Shown: piece by piece, positions 50,016 to 57,770 of the stretch
Layout of the letters: each line of letters opens with the position of its first letter
Numbering within the stretch: position 1 is the first letter of the stretch
Source: Shigella phage Moonfish
Sequence record: PQ613263
Length of the DNA stretch: 64,000 nucleotides
Reading direction: 5' to 3' (one strand)
Position numbers and translations under genes: made by a program
The notes under the pieces: generated by a model
What the model saw: the letters and a program-made list of their open reading frames with translations, nothing else
Databases searched by the model: none
What the model was told of the DNA's origin: nothing

Positions 50016-50597
50016 TTAAGCTCCTAGTTTCCACGTATAGCCATATGCTTGTGCATATGTACCAATAATTGATTGTTTAATGTTTGATGGTATTCCATTT
50101 ACACTGCGTGCTGCTGCACTCAGTGAATGGAATGTCTGGATGTAAATACCATCCAGTGTGTATTGCTCTACAGGGATAGCAGATTTGGTATTAATACCGT
50201 TGATTGCATCAGAGTAATACCTTCTTACATTGGCGTTTACCGTAACAACACGAATGTTATCCAGTGAGTAACCTTTATAGTCATCCAGCCTGTCAAGGCT
50301 TGGCTTCAGGTTGGTTGGGTAATCCTCTATTACCCATTTATCATACAGAGTGTGAAACTCTTTCTTTGATAACACCCATTGTTCTAGTTCCTCTTTAGTA
50401 AAAGTAACAGGATTAAACCCTTTCTTCTTGGTTCTGCTTACGCAACCGGAGTACATTTGATTAATGACTCCTTGTTTGGAATGGATAAAACGTTTCACAC
50501 AGTCTTTACAGTCTGCTCTTACACCCTGTTTACCTGTGGACTGTTTATTGAACATGTCCAGAGGCAAGTTCTGCTTACATACTGAACATGTCTTCAT
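50016..50597 (-). CDS. homing-endonuclease-like protein (Cys4 zinc ribbon + C-terminal NUMOD1-like DNA-binding motif), free-standing between RNAP II subunit genes
   Basis: 193 aa; CSVCK...CKDC; C-terminal FHSLSAAARSVNGIPSNIKQSI...GYTWK resembles DNA-binding tails of GIY-YIG/HNH homing endonucleases; no catalytic motif identified. Confidence 0.45.
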   Translation of the reverse strand: MKTCSVCKQNLPLDMFNKQSTGKQGVRADCKDCVKRFIHSKQGVINQMYSGCVSRTKKKGFNPVTFTKEELEQWVLSKKEFHTLYDKWVIEDYPTNLKPSLDRLDDYKGYSLDNIRVVTVNANVRRYYSDAINGINTKSAIPVEQYTLDGIYIQTFHSLSAAARSVNGIPSNIKQSIIGTYAQAYGYTWKLGA

Positions 50598-50598
50598 A

Positions 50599-51417
50599 TT
50601 AATCCTCGTTTACTAACTCTTTATCTGCGAACTCTATAACTGCCTTATTGTAAGAGGTTCCCGCATAGTTAATATGGTATCCACATGCATATGTTCTTCC
50701 CCTCTTATCAAATTTATGTGCTAGTGAGAAGTTATTACCTTCTTTGGTCACTAACTCCATTACTTCCTTAGCTGTACGGCTGTACTTCTCAAAGGCTTTA
50801 ACTCGTTTCTCATAGTCCTGACGGGTTTCACCCTCTTTGGGTTTATCCATGTTAGGACGAGAGTCTTTTACATAGTTGGCAACGTCCCAGTTAATACAGA
50901 GTCGTTGGTTGTTCATACGGTTAATGTGGTCAAGGCAGACGTCCATCTCATGATGGTTCTTCTTGAGGATGATTGAGCCTTTAGATTCATAGTAGCCAGT
51001 GTCCCGATTAGTCAGGACTGGCTTAGGCTTACTGACGATAGGTAATGGATACTGGAATGCCTCCAGTTCCATCTGAACATCTTCACTAATCTCATAAATA
51101 ACACCGAACTTGTCGATGGTAGGGTCATAGTTGAAGCAGTCATTCTCTGCCATCTTATACAGACAGTCAGCGATATACTGAGCGTCATCTGAGTGACTCA
51201 TGAGAGAGCCAATCATAGTCTGAATGTCAGCACGTTTATGTAGGGCAATCTGCACCATTGCATCAATGAGCAGCTTATAATCAATTTCTAAATAGGCGGC
51301 GAATGCCTTAAAGTCAATTTCTTTGGAGTCCTCAAATTCCTTCCTCATGCGAGGGAGTAATTGGTTTTTGTTGAAAAGGATTTCAAGTTGCTTCTGATGT
51401 TCAATAGATGAGTACAT
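50599..51417 (-). CDS. phage RNAP II small subunit (N4 gp15-like, T7-like N-terminal half)
   Basis: 272 aa; KFDKRGRTYA matches the T7 RNAP DWRGRVYA motif; RBS AGGAG; directly upstream of the large subunit. Confidence 0.7.
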   Translation of the reverse strand: MYSSIEHQKQLEILFNKNQLLPRMRKEFEDSKEIDFKAFAAYLEIDYKLLIDAMVQIALHKRADIQTMIGSLMSHSDDAQYIADCLYKMAENDCFNYDPTIDKFGVIYEISEDVQMELEAFQYPLPIVSKPKPVLTNRDTGYYESKGSIILKKNHHEMDVCLDHINRMNNQRLCINWDVANYVKDSRPNMDKPKEGETRQDYEKRVKAFEKYSRTAKEVMELVTKEGNNFSLAHKFDKRGRTYACGYHINYAGTSYNKAVIEFADKELVNED

Positions 51418-51450
51418 CGCATATTCTCCTAAATGTTATTAATAACCAAA

Positions 51451-51465
51451 AGCTGCGGAGCAGCT
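51451..51465 (-). promoter_or_regulatory. conserved GGA-triloop hairpin, candidate vRNAP-type early promoter
   Basis: AGCTGC-GGA-GCAGCT (6-bp stem, 3-nt loop) ~40 nt upstream of the RNAP II small-subunit start; identical 17-mer recurs at 54508-54524. Confidence 0.45.
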
Positions 51466-51470
51466 ATTAC

Positions 51471-51851
51471 CTAAAAGGTTCCCCAGTAGATATAGTCATC
51501 TCCCAGGATAGGTTTCCAGGCTTCGTCAAACATGACGTTGCCTGTAGCATTTGCAAACATAGGGGCAATGTCCTTGTCTTCATAACCAGCCAGTCCACAA
51601 CCAATGCGTGTTACTTTAAAGTCCCACTCTGGGTGTGCTGCTGCATACAGGATGAATGCTGCTACAAATTTCTCAATATCCTCTAAGGACATAGTCTTGA
51701 TTGACTGGTTTTTGGTTGGGATTGCATAGCTGCAACCATAATGGCCTACGCCCATACCCCAACGAGCACCGTGCTTCTTATATGCAACTTTCGCTGCACC
51801 AGCACCGTGACGGCCTGCTAAATTACTACCGAATACTAATATCTCTTTCAT
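51471..51851 (-). CDS. hypothetical protein with Gly-rich loop after first beta-strand (Rossmann/SLOG- or macro-like?)
   Basis: 126 aa; ILVFGSNLAGRHGAGAAKVA motif. Confidence 0.45.
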   Translation of the reverse strand: MKEILVFGSNLAGRHGAGAAKVAYKKHGARWGMGVGHYGCSYAIPTKNQSIKTMSLEDIEKFVAAFILYAAAHPEWDFKVTRIGCGLAGYEDKDIAPMFANATGNVMFDEAWKPILGDDYIYWGTF

Positions 51852-51855
51852 GCTA

Positions 51856-52176
51856 TTAATCCTTTGGTTTAAGAACTTGGAATGCGAACACAGGACGTTT
51901 ACTACGCCACTGGTTCATAGCTAGTTCACTAGCAGGAGAGCCATCATGTAAGTCATATATGAATGTAATCATATACTCTGGTTCCTCTGGGAAGTTCTCT
52001 GTAGAGAACGGTAGACCTGCTTCTTTTAATACAGGAACCAGTGGTGATTCAGCTGCACAATAAATAATGAACTTTTCGCTGAATGCTTTACTGGTCTGAG
52101 ATACGTAATCAATATTACGCATCATCTTATCGACATCAGTAAATGTATTATCATGTACTACTACGATGTTATTCAC
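51856..52176 (-). CDS. hypothetical protein
   Basis: 106-aa ORF. Confidence 0.45.
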   Translation of the reverse strand: MNNIVVVHDNTFTDVDKMMRNIDYVSQTSKAFSEKFIIYCAAESPLVPVLKEAGLPFSTENFPEEPEYMITFIYDLHDGSPASELAMNQWRSKRPVFAFQVLKPKD

Positions 52177-52430
52177 TCTACTTTCTCCAGGGTTAGATAT
52201 ACTGTATTCATTTGAGGCACATAATCACAAAAACCAATTTCCTCTTGTCTGCCACTAGACTTCCAAATACAGTTTTCAGTTAGTTTAGGCTTTCTACTAA
52301 ATCCAATTAGTGAGGCATTCTTACTCTTCTGAGGACGAGGTAATAAGGCTACATATTTAACCCATAATGGGACTTCAATAGTTTGTCCCATATAGTTAAA
52401 TGATTTAGTTACAGGGAATGTAATAATCAC
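52173..52430 (-). CDS. hypothetical protein
   Basis: 85-aa ORF. Confidence 0.4.
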   Translation of the reverse strand: MIITFPVTKSFNYMGQTIEVPLWVKYVALLPRPQKSKNASLIGFSRKPKLTENCIWKSSGRQEEIGFCDYVPQMNTVYLTLEKVE

Positions 52431-52790
52431 TTAGTACCTCACCACTATTACTTTCTTATTATTTAACCGAGTCATGATATCAATCATGTGTTTGGTTCCT
52501 TTTGACTTACCATCCCAGAATGCTACAAGAGTATCTGCGAAATTAGCCATTTCAGTATTACGTACATAACCTGCACGCTTACCTAATCTGTCCCAGTCAG
52601 CAGGAAATTCATGTATTATCATCCCTGCCTCTTTCCAGAGATTATATGCTGTAATGTCTGCTCCTCTAGCCATACCACATACAAGTTCAGGTGAATCAGT
52701 TATTTCACCAGATTCTACTAGCTTCTGTAATTCAGCAATCATGCGATTAGTGTCAATGAAGTCACGTCCACCAGCTACAATTAGTCTCAT
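52431..52790 (-). CDS. SLOG-superfamily (DUF2493-like) nucleotide-binding protein
   Basis: 119 aa; IVAGGRDF ... GMARGAD ... FWDGKSKGT pattern characteristic of DUF2493/SLOG proteins (pattern-based). Confidence 0.5.
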   Translation of the reverse strand: MRLIVAGGRDFIDTNRMIAELQKLVESGEITDSPELVCGMARGADITAYNLWKEAGMIIHEFPADWDRLGKRAGYVRNTEMANFADTLVAFWDGKSKGTKHMIDIMTRLNNKKVIVVRY

Positions 52791-53008
52791 TTCTGATACC
52801 CCTGAATATAGTTAATACGGCGAATACGTTGAGTAGATGCCTTAACAGCCATCTGATGATTTTCTTCTTTGTGCTGATTTTCCAGCACCTTAGCCCATTC
52901 TTCCTGGTTCCGTTGTTTCTGTAATATACGACTACAACGTTTATGATTGGCAACTCCACGTCCTTTCTTACAGACTGGGCATATACCATAATCGTTTGAG
53001 TACATCAT
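52787..53008 (-). CDS. small Cys/His-containing basic protein (zinc-ribbon-like)
   Basis: 73 aa; CPVCKK...HKRC. Confidence 0.4.
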   Translation of the reverse strand: MMYSNDYGICPVCKKGRGVANHKRCSRILQKQRNQEEWAKVLENQHKEENHQMAVKASTQRIRRINYIQGYQK

Positions 53009-53313
53009 TGGCTTAAAGCCTCCATTAATATTTTACGAATAACGTTAACATCAGATTCAGTACCAATTAAACCAACAGGTTTCTTTGTACTATCTGTGAC
53101 AAAGGATGCAATCCTTTCCATCTCTGCTGTAATTAATTTGTCACCACTAATAAGACGATTACGAAGGTAAGCCTCATAAGCTACCTCTATATCTTCTACT
53201 GTGGTTCTTTCATTACGAGTGAATGGATTACTTAATGGGAAGGGTAAATGTACCCGTATATTCCTGTCAGCTACCTTAGCTAAGTGAGGGAGTATACATA
53301 CTATTTCATTCAA
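53005..53313 (-). CDS. hypothetical protein
   Basis: 102-aa ORF. Confidence 0.45.
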   Translation of the reverse strand: MNEIVCILPHLAKVADRNIRVHLPFPLSNPFTRNERTTVEDIEVAYEAYLRNRLISGDKLITAEMERIASFVTDSTKKPVGLIGTESDVNVIRKILMEALSQ

Positions 53314-53512
53314 GATTCTTTCTCCTATTTAAATACATATCTAAACTATTCAAGAATAAAAAATAGGAGCCTCCTATTGGAGGACTCCTTACTATTTGAT
53401 ACATGGGTGATTGAAGGTAACAATCTTACGTACTGGTTCAGATGTCTGTTGCTTAGCAGCCAGACGCCCTTTCATCTTTTGTACGTCAGCTTTGGTTCCC
53501 ATGATTAATGAC

Positions 53513-53686
53513 TTACGCATGTTTAGTACTCCACATAAAGTTATAAGGTTTACCGTTACGTACAATTCTTACAGCCATTTGATAACCATTGATTTGTACA
53601 ACACCATAGTGTCTCTTTTGGTCACCAGTCTGGTTCCGTCTGAAGATACACTCTTCAATAGCATCATTGATATTAGTGAACATCAT
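53513..53686 (-). CDS. hypothetical small protein (57 aa, below track cutoff)
   Basis: AGAGGA RBS then ATGATG; its stop overlaps the start of a further 41-aa ORF (53395-53520). Confidence 0.3.
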   Translation of the reverse strand: MMFTNINDAIEECIFRRNQTGDQKRHYGVVQINGYQMAVRIVRNGKPYNFMWSTKHA

Positions 53687-53871
53687 TGGTTCCTCTTTGC
53701 AAACTCTTCTGCTTGTTGCTTGTAGTACTGAGTCATTGCTTTCTTGTGTTTAACACTAGCAATGAGACACTCGATAGTAACGAATGGCAGCTTAGCAATA
53801 AGCAGCCACTTTTGACGTAACTTCCAGCCTAGAAAGTAGAAGATTACACAGAAAGCGATGAAGTCTAACAT
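53683..53871 (-). CDS. small membrane protein
   Basis: 62 aa; hydrophobic N-terminus FIAFCVIFYFLGW. Confidence 0.35.
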   Translation of the reverse strand: MLDFIAFCVIFYFLGWKLRQKWLLIAKLPFVTIECLIASVKHKKAMTQYYKQQAEEFAKRNQ

Positions 53872-53982
53872 GGTTATTTCCTCTTCTAAGATAGCTCTAA
53901 TGGGATAGGTTTTAATTTTAGACCCCCTTCGTCGAAAGAGGCGTAAAAGTTAAACTTAGCTTATCGCATAGTTAAAATAAAA

Positions 53983-54002
53983 GGACTCCCCGAAGGGAGT
54001 CC
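53983..54002 (-). terminator. intrinsic terminator (minus strand)
   Basis: GGACTCCC-cgaa-GGGAGTCC hairpin with T-run on the minus strand. Confidence 0.55.
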
Positions 54003-54011
54003 AGTTGTTGA

Positions 54012-54398
54012 TTAGAAAGTCAGTTTACGAGCATATTTATTCTCATCGGCAGGAATAGATTCTTCCTGAGCCTTCACGCGTCTTAACTGAACTTGCAGGT
54101 TAATGATACCTTCTTCACCTGGTTCCAGGTTCTGAGCATATTCGATTAACTGTTCCAGCAAATCGTTCTGTGCACAACGCATAGCACGGAAGTCAGCATT
54201 GCTGCTATTAGTAGGCAGTGCTTCCTGAGTATCCAGTGGAATACCAGTAGGCAGAGAGATGAATTTCTCATCATCAGAGCCTTCATTAGCAACATAACCA
54301 ATGTTCAGCCAGAACTGAGCCTTAGGCTTAGCAGCTTTAGTTTCAGCAGTGGTAGCAGCAACGTTAGATTGACCGAAAGTGAATTTTTGAATAGACAT
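54012..54398 (-). CDS. hypothetical early protein
   Basis: Likely start at MSIQKF (GGAG RBS 8 nt upstream); the longer track ORF (to 54497) would begin inside the promoter-proximal leader. Confidence 0.5.
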   Translation of the reverse strand: MSIQKFTFGQSNVAATTAETKAAKPKAQFWLNIGYVANEGSDDEKFISLPTGIPLDTQEALPTNSSNADFRAMRCAQNDLLEQLIEYAQNLEPGEEGIINLQVQLRRVKAQEESIPADENKYARKLTF

Positions 54399-54508
54399 TT
54401 TGTACTCTCCAGATAAATGATTGTTTGATTGATGGGTTTGTCTGTCGGTGACTAAACCCAAGAAAAGACTTAGGATTTCAATGATTAGTGGATGCATTTA
54501 CGTCCTCA

Positions 54509-54523
54509 AGCTGCGGAGCAGCT
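54509..54523 (-). promoter_or_regulatory. conserved GGA-triloop hairpin, candidate vRNAP-type early promoter
   Basis: AGCTGC-GGA-GCAGCT, identical to the element at 51451-51465 including one flanking A on each side. Confidence 0.45.
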
Positions 54524-54527
54524 ACTT

Positions 54528-54731
54528 TCAGACCGACTGCAATACTGACTTATCGTGAGGTAAGTCCTCAAGGGAGTTGAATACTTCTTCTGTGCTATCC
54601 AATCGGATACCAATGGATGGATCTTCAACCATTACACAGTTGTAATCAGTTGATTCATTTACTTTTTGTAACTCAAATCCACCATGTACAAAGAACTTTT
54701 CACCATCTTTAACGTCAACAAATGTAGCCAT
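54528..54731 (-). CDS. hypothetical small protein
   Basis: 67-aa ORF. Confidence 0.4.
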   Translation of the reverse strand: MATFVDVKDGEKFFVHGGFELQKVNESTDYNCVMVEDPSIGIRLDSTEEVFNSLEDLPHDKSVLQSV

Positions 54732-54785
54732 TTTATTACTCCAGTAGTTATAGGGATACCCAATAGAAGCGGAGCTTCTTGGTTT

Positions 54786-55139
54786 TTAAGACAAGCGTTT
54801 AAGTAATTCTGCCTTAGCAGACTCATACTCTTGTTTAGCTTTAGTGAGGTCAATGGTTGACTCACCCCAGTGAAGGATATCTATTGTATAGGTTGTAAGA
54901 ACATCGACTGCATCTTCGAAGCGAGCCAGTAGTTCTTCCTTATCAGGACCATCGAATTGTTCCCATTGCCATACATAACCGGATAACTTAACTGTTTCCC
55001 CTTTCTCAAAGTAAGGTTCTTCTCCAAATAGGAAAGTAGAATCTTCAGTTAATCGGATATGTTCTCCTTCCAATTCTCCTACGATAATTGTTCCAATAGG
55101 GATGTCAGAATTACCCCTGATACAACGGAATTTAGTCAT
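54786..55139 (-). CDS. hypothetical early protein
   Basis: 117-aa ORF. Confidence 0.5.
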   Translation of the reverse strand: MTKFRCIRGNSDIPIGTIIVGELEGEHIRLTEDSTFLFGEEPYFEKGETVKLSGYVWQWEQFDGPDKEELLARFEDAVDVLTTYTIDILHWGESTIDLTKAKQEYESAKAELLKRLS

Positions 55140-55200
55140 GATTTTCTATCCTAGAAGTAGATAGTTATCTACTTAGTCTATCTATCTAATGTTTATAAAA

Positions 55201-55220
55201 GGAGACTCCGAAGAGCCTCC
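55201..55220 (-). terminator. putative terminator/attenuator hairpin
   Basis: GGAGACTC-cgaa-GAGCCTCC imperfect hairpin; weak T-run. Confidence 0.35.
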
Positions 55221-55232
55221 ATATTTGATTTA

Positions 55233-55553
55233 CTATTTAGTCAGGATGTCGATTACTTTTGAATATTCTGCGTTATAGATACGAGCGTTCTCTGAATCTT
55301 TGCAGAATTCTTCGATACTTTTCTTACGCATAGTCTCGTTCATAGCTGTTTCTTCAGCTAATTTGTTTACGAATGTATGCATTTCTAATTTAGTACGGAT
55401 GGCTTGTTTCTCTGCCATAGTAGATACATATGAATTAAGCATACCTACTGCTTTAGTAGCTGTGCCGAATGTATCTGCAACAGTAGTAGCAGCTGAGTTA
55501 ACAGTACCCAGTAAAGTTCCTGCGGTCATACGTACAGTAGCGGTAGTAGTCAT
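55233..55553 (-). CDS. hypothetical early protein
   Basis: 106-aa ORF downstream of the hairpin at 55596-55610. Confidence 0.5.
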   Translation of the reverse strand: MTTTATVRMTAGTLLGTVNSAATTVADTFGTATKAVGMLNSYVSTMAEKQAIRTKLEMHTFVNKLAEETAMNETMRKKSIEEFCKDSENARIYNAEYSKVIDILTK

Positions 55554-55595
55554 GATGATAGCTCCAATAGTTGATGATAGGACGACATGTCCATA

Positions 55596-55610
55596 ACATG
55601 CGGAGCATGT
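55596..55610 (-). promoter_or_regulatory. GGA-triloop hairpin, candidate vRNAP-type early promoter
   Basis: ACATGC-GGA-GCATGT (6-bp stem, 3-nt loop, same C-GGA-G core) ~45 nt upstream of the 55553 start. Confidence 0.45.
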
Positions 55611-55711
55611 GTAACGTGTAAGGTGGGGTAGGGTAGTGGCTACAGGGTCAACATACCGGGGGGGATGGTTGAGTGTAAGGGTGTAGCCCCAGCCACACCA
55701 CTAAAGCTGAA

Positions 55712-55820
55712 CATAGCTATGATGAAATCCCTAAGAAAAAATATGAGAAGTACTTTCCCTATGCGACTACTGCTAGACATAGCTATCAACATTTTGACAT
55801 GCAAAAATATCATAGCTATC
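55712..55820. repeat. three copies of palindrome CATAGCTAT(G/C) phased 66 and 33 bp apart
   Basis: Copies at 55712-55721, 55778-55787, 55811-55820 in a 267-bp intergenic region upstream of the 55596 hairpin. Confidence 0.5.
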
Positions 55821-56147
55821 TCACTTATAAGCAGCTAAATAGGAGGGAGCATACACCAGGAATATGGATTGAAGGGTATCGCTCGATGTGAAGGTAAGGG
55901 TGTACTTATCAGTGTTCACATGCCAGGGGGAATGTACATATGTAGACCAGGGTAATTCCTTTCCTGGTTCCTGAAGTTTTACAATAACTTTCCTGCCTAG
56001 TATTAGAGCCAGACCTTTCACTTCATGAAGGGTTTGCTCATCTGGTACTAGGATAATAGGAGTGAGTCTACCTGGTTCGAGGTCTTGTAAGGTTGTATGG
56101 GCAGTGGGATTGGGTCCACCAGCATAACCTATCTTAGTGAGTTTCAT
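55821..56147 (-). CDS. small early protein, member of paralogous family (ILVPDEQ..HE..GL motif)
   Basis: 108 aa; core IILVPDEQTLHEVKGLALILG shared with 56848, 57456, 57736, 58336 ORFs. Confidence 0.5.
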   Translation of the reverse strand: MKLTKIGYAGGPNPTAHTTLQDLEPGRLTPIILVPDEQTLHEVKGLALILGRKVIVKLQEPGKELPWSTYVHSPWHVNTDKYTLTFTSSDTLQSIFLVYAPSYLAAYK

Positions 56148-56150
56148 TTG

Positions 56151-56528
56151 TTATACCCCGTAATCTATCTTAACCAGTCTACCTTTGTAGTAACCAAAGT
56201 TCTTAGGGAAGGCATCATACTCAAAGAACTCTTTACCGAGTGGCTGTGGTTCATTGGCTGCATCTAAGTATAGCTTCTCTAACTCTACCCAGAATAAACC
56301 AGTATGTTTCACAGGCTTAGCCCTGTGCATGATTAGAACCAGACCAAATCTATTAGAGTACTTGATTGGGCATAGGAACTTATTGTTGTAATCCTTCCAC
56401 TGTCCTTCAGTTAGATTGCTTAACATACCTTGTACGAAGTGTTTCCATGTAGAGAGGATAGGGAACTTAATTGCGTAATGACGAGTGAGTATTACCCATC
56501 TGGTTCCACCGGAGCGTATTAGTTTCAT
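56151..56528 (-). CDS. hypothetical early protein with kinase-like Gly-loop/AIK and C-terminal DYG motifs (speculative)
   Basis: 125 aa; SGGTRWVILTRHYAIKFP ... HRAKP ... KIDYGV. Confidence 0.45.
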   Translation of the reverse strand: MKLIRSGGTRWVILTRHYAIKFPILSTWKHFVQGMLSNLTEGQWKDYNNKFLCPIKYSNRFGLVLIMHRAKPVKHTGLFWVELEKLYLDAANEPQPLGKEFFEYDAFPKNFGYYKGRLVKIDYGV

Positions 56529-56851
56529 TTGGTAGCCTTGAATTGTGGTAACTGATTAAGAAGACTATCCATGTAGTAGCAGTATGCCTCGGAGGATTCG
56601 TCATTAATTGGAAGACCAATGAATCCAAAGGTATAAATGCAGAAGTGATTAAGCTCATGAACCAAGGTTATCTTACTATCATCAAATATACCCATAAGCA
56701 CAAAGTTGTCCGCTATGTAGCAGGTTTTTCCTTTAAGGGTTGTTTCCTTTTCTGGTTCAGTACCACGGTATGCTTTATGCTTCTTAGAGAATGTAGCCCA
56801 GTCATATACTACTTCTAACTGTACTGGATAGGGGGATGTGTTTAGTTTCAT
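56525..56851 (-). CDS. small HExxH-motif protein (mini-zincin candidate)
   Basis: 108 aa; VHELNHF followed by acidic ESSEAY. Confidence 0.45.
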   Translation of the reverse strand: MKLNTSPYPVQLEVVYDWATFSKKHKAYRGTEPEKETTLKGKTCYIADNFVLMGIFDDSKITLVHELNHFCIYTFGFIGLPINDESSEAYCYYMDSLLNQLPQFKATK

Positions 56852-57132
56852 TGTCTTTCCTTATAGATTAGGGTGTTATCCTCGAAGGATAGAATGTACT
56901 TGTCTGTATTGAGATACCAAGGACTGAAGCTCCCCTGCCAGGACATAGGTGCACTTGGTTCAAGTAGATGTACTTCTGCTTTCTTATTGTATAAGAAAAG
57001 TAATCCTTGTAGTTCATACAAGGACTGTTCGTCTGGAACCAGGATAAGTATATCAGCATCCATGCGAGCTACTTCTTTATGGTGGGAGCAAACATTTCCG
57101 AATTCTCCTGAATAATTTTTATAGATAACCAT
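56848..57132 (-). CDS. small early protein, paralogous family member
   Basis: 94 aa; ILILVPDEQSLYELQGLLFLY ... SPWYLNTDKYILSF parallels the 55821 ORF. Confidence 0.5.
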   Translation of the reverse strand: MVIYKNYSGEFGNVCSHHKEVARMDADILILVPDEQSLYELQGLLFLYNKKAEVHLLEPSAPMSWQGSFSPWYLNTDKYILSFEDNTLIYKERQ

Positions 57133-57452
57133 TAGCAGCTCCCGTCGCTAGATAAATATGAGGTAGAAGGATAGAGGGTAATGAGTCTACCAGTAAGAGT
57201 AGTAGCTACCATAGGTTCGCTGGAGGAGTAGATGTATACCCTCTTACCTTCTGGTATCTCAATAGAGGTATCTATCTTAACAAAGTTAATAGGTACACCT
57301 AACATTAGACAAGAACCAATGAACTCATCTGCTTCCTCACTGGGTTCATAATAGACAGTGACACCATCCAGTTTACCTTCGAAGAAATCCCTCTTAGTTA
57401 GACCAGGCCATCTAATGTTAGAACTGTATGCAGCTAATGTGTAGAAGTGCAT
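57132..57452 (-). CDS. hypothetical early protein (possibly distant member of same family)
   Basis: 106-aa ORF. Confidence 0.45.
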   Translation of the reverse strand: MHFYTLAAYSSNIRWPGLTKRDFFEGKLDGVTVYYEPSEEADEFIGSCLMLGVPINFVKIDTSIEIPEGKRVYIYSSSEPMVATTLTGRLITLYPSTSYLSSDGSC

Positions 57453-57455
57453 AGC

Positions 57456-57770
57456 TTACTTCCTTACATAGTAATAACGGTATTCGTCATTCTCATAACG
57501 ACTAACCCATTGGTAGTCATCAGACACCAACATATATGGGATAGGGTCACCTGCACTGTAGTCGGTATAGACAGAAGGAGGAACAATGCATACAACCTTA
57601 CGGGCATTACCTGCTAAGAAGAGTTGACCCCTTACTTCGTGATAATCTTCTAAAGTAGGAACCAGGATTACTTGGTGAGGATTACTGTTCATGACTTCTT
57701 CTAAAGTGAAGTCAGTTGTGTACAGTAACTTCTCTTTAGTAAAACTGAGGACGGTCATTATGAATTTCAT
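57456..57770 (-). CDS. small early protein, paralogous family member
   Basis: 104 aa; VILVPTLEDYHEVRGQLFLAG. Confidence 0.5.
   Translation of the reverse strand: MKFIMTVLSFTKEKLLYTTDFTLEEVMNSNPHQVILVPTLEDYHEVRGQLFLAGNARKVVCIVPPSVYTDYSAGDPIPYMLVSDDYQWVSRYENDEYRYYYVRK

Noticed and set aside
53284-53725. Plus-strand ORFs (74 and 104 aa) within the minus-strand early region
   Set aside because: They run against the uniform minus-strand transcription of this block, overlap the terminator hairpin and minus-strand mini-ORFs, and have no RBS.
51451-54523. The AGCTGC-GGA-GCAGCT hairpins as simple rho-independent terminators
   Set aside because: Identical 17-mers recur and a related copy shares the same loop, none has a clear T-run (one is borderline), and real terminators nearby have longer stems with T7-9 tails; kept as promoter candidates with the alternative noted.
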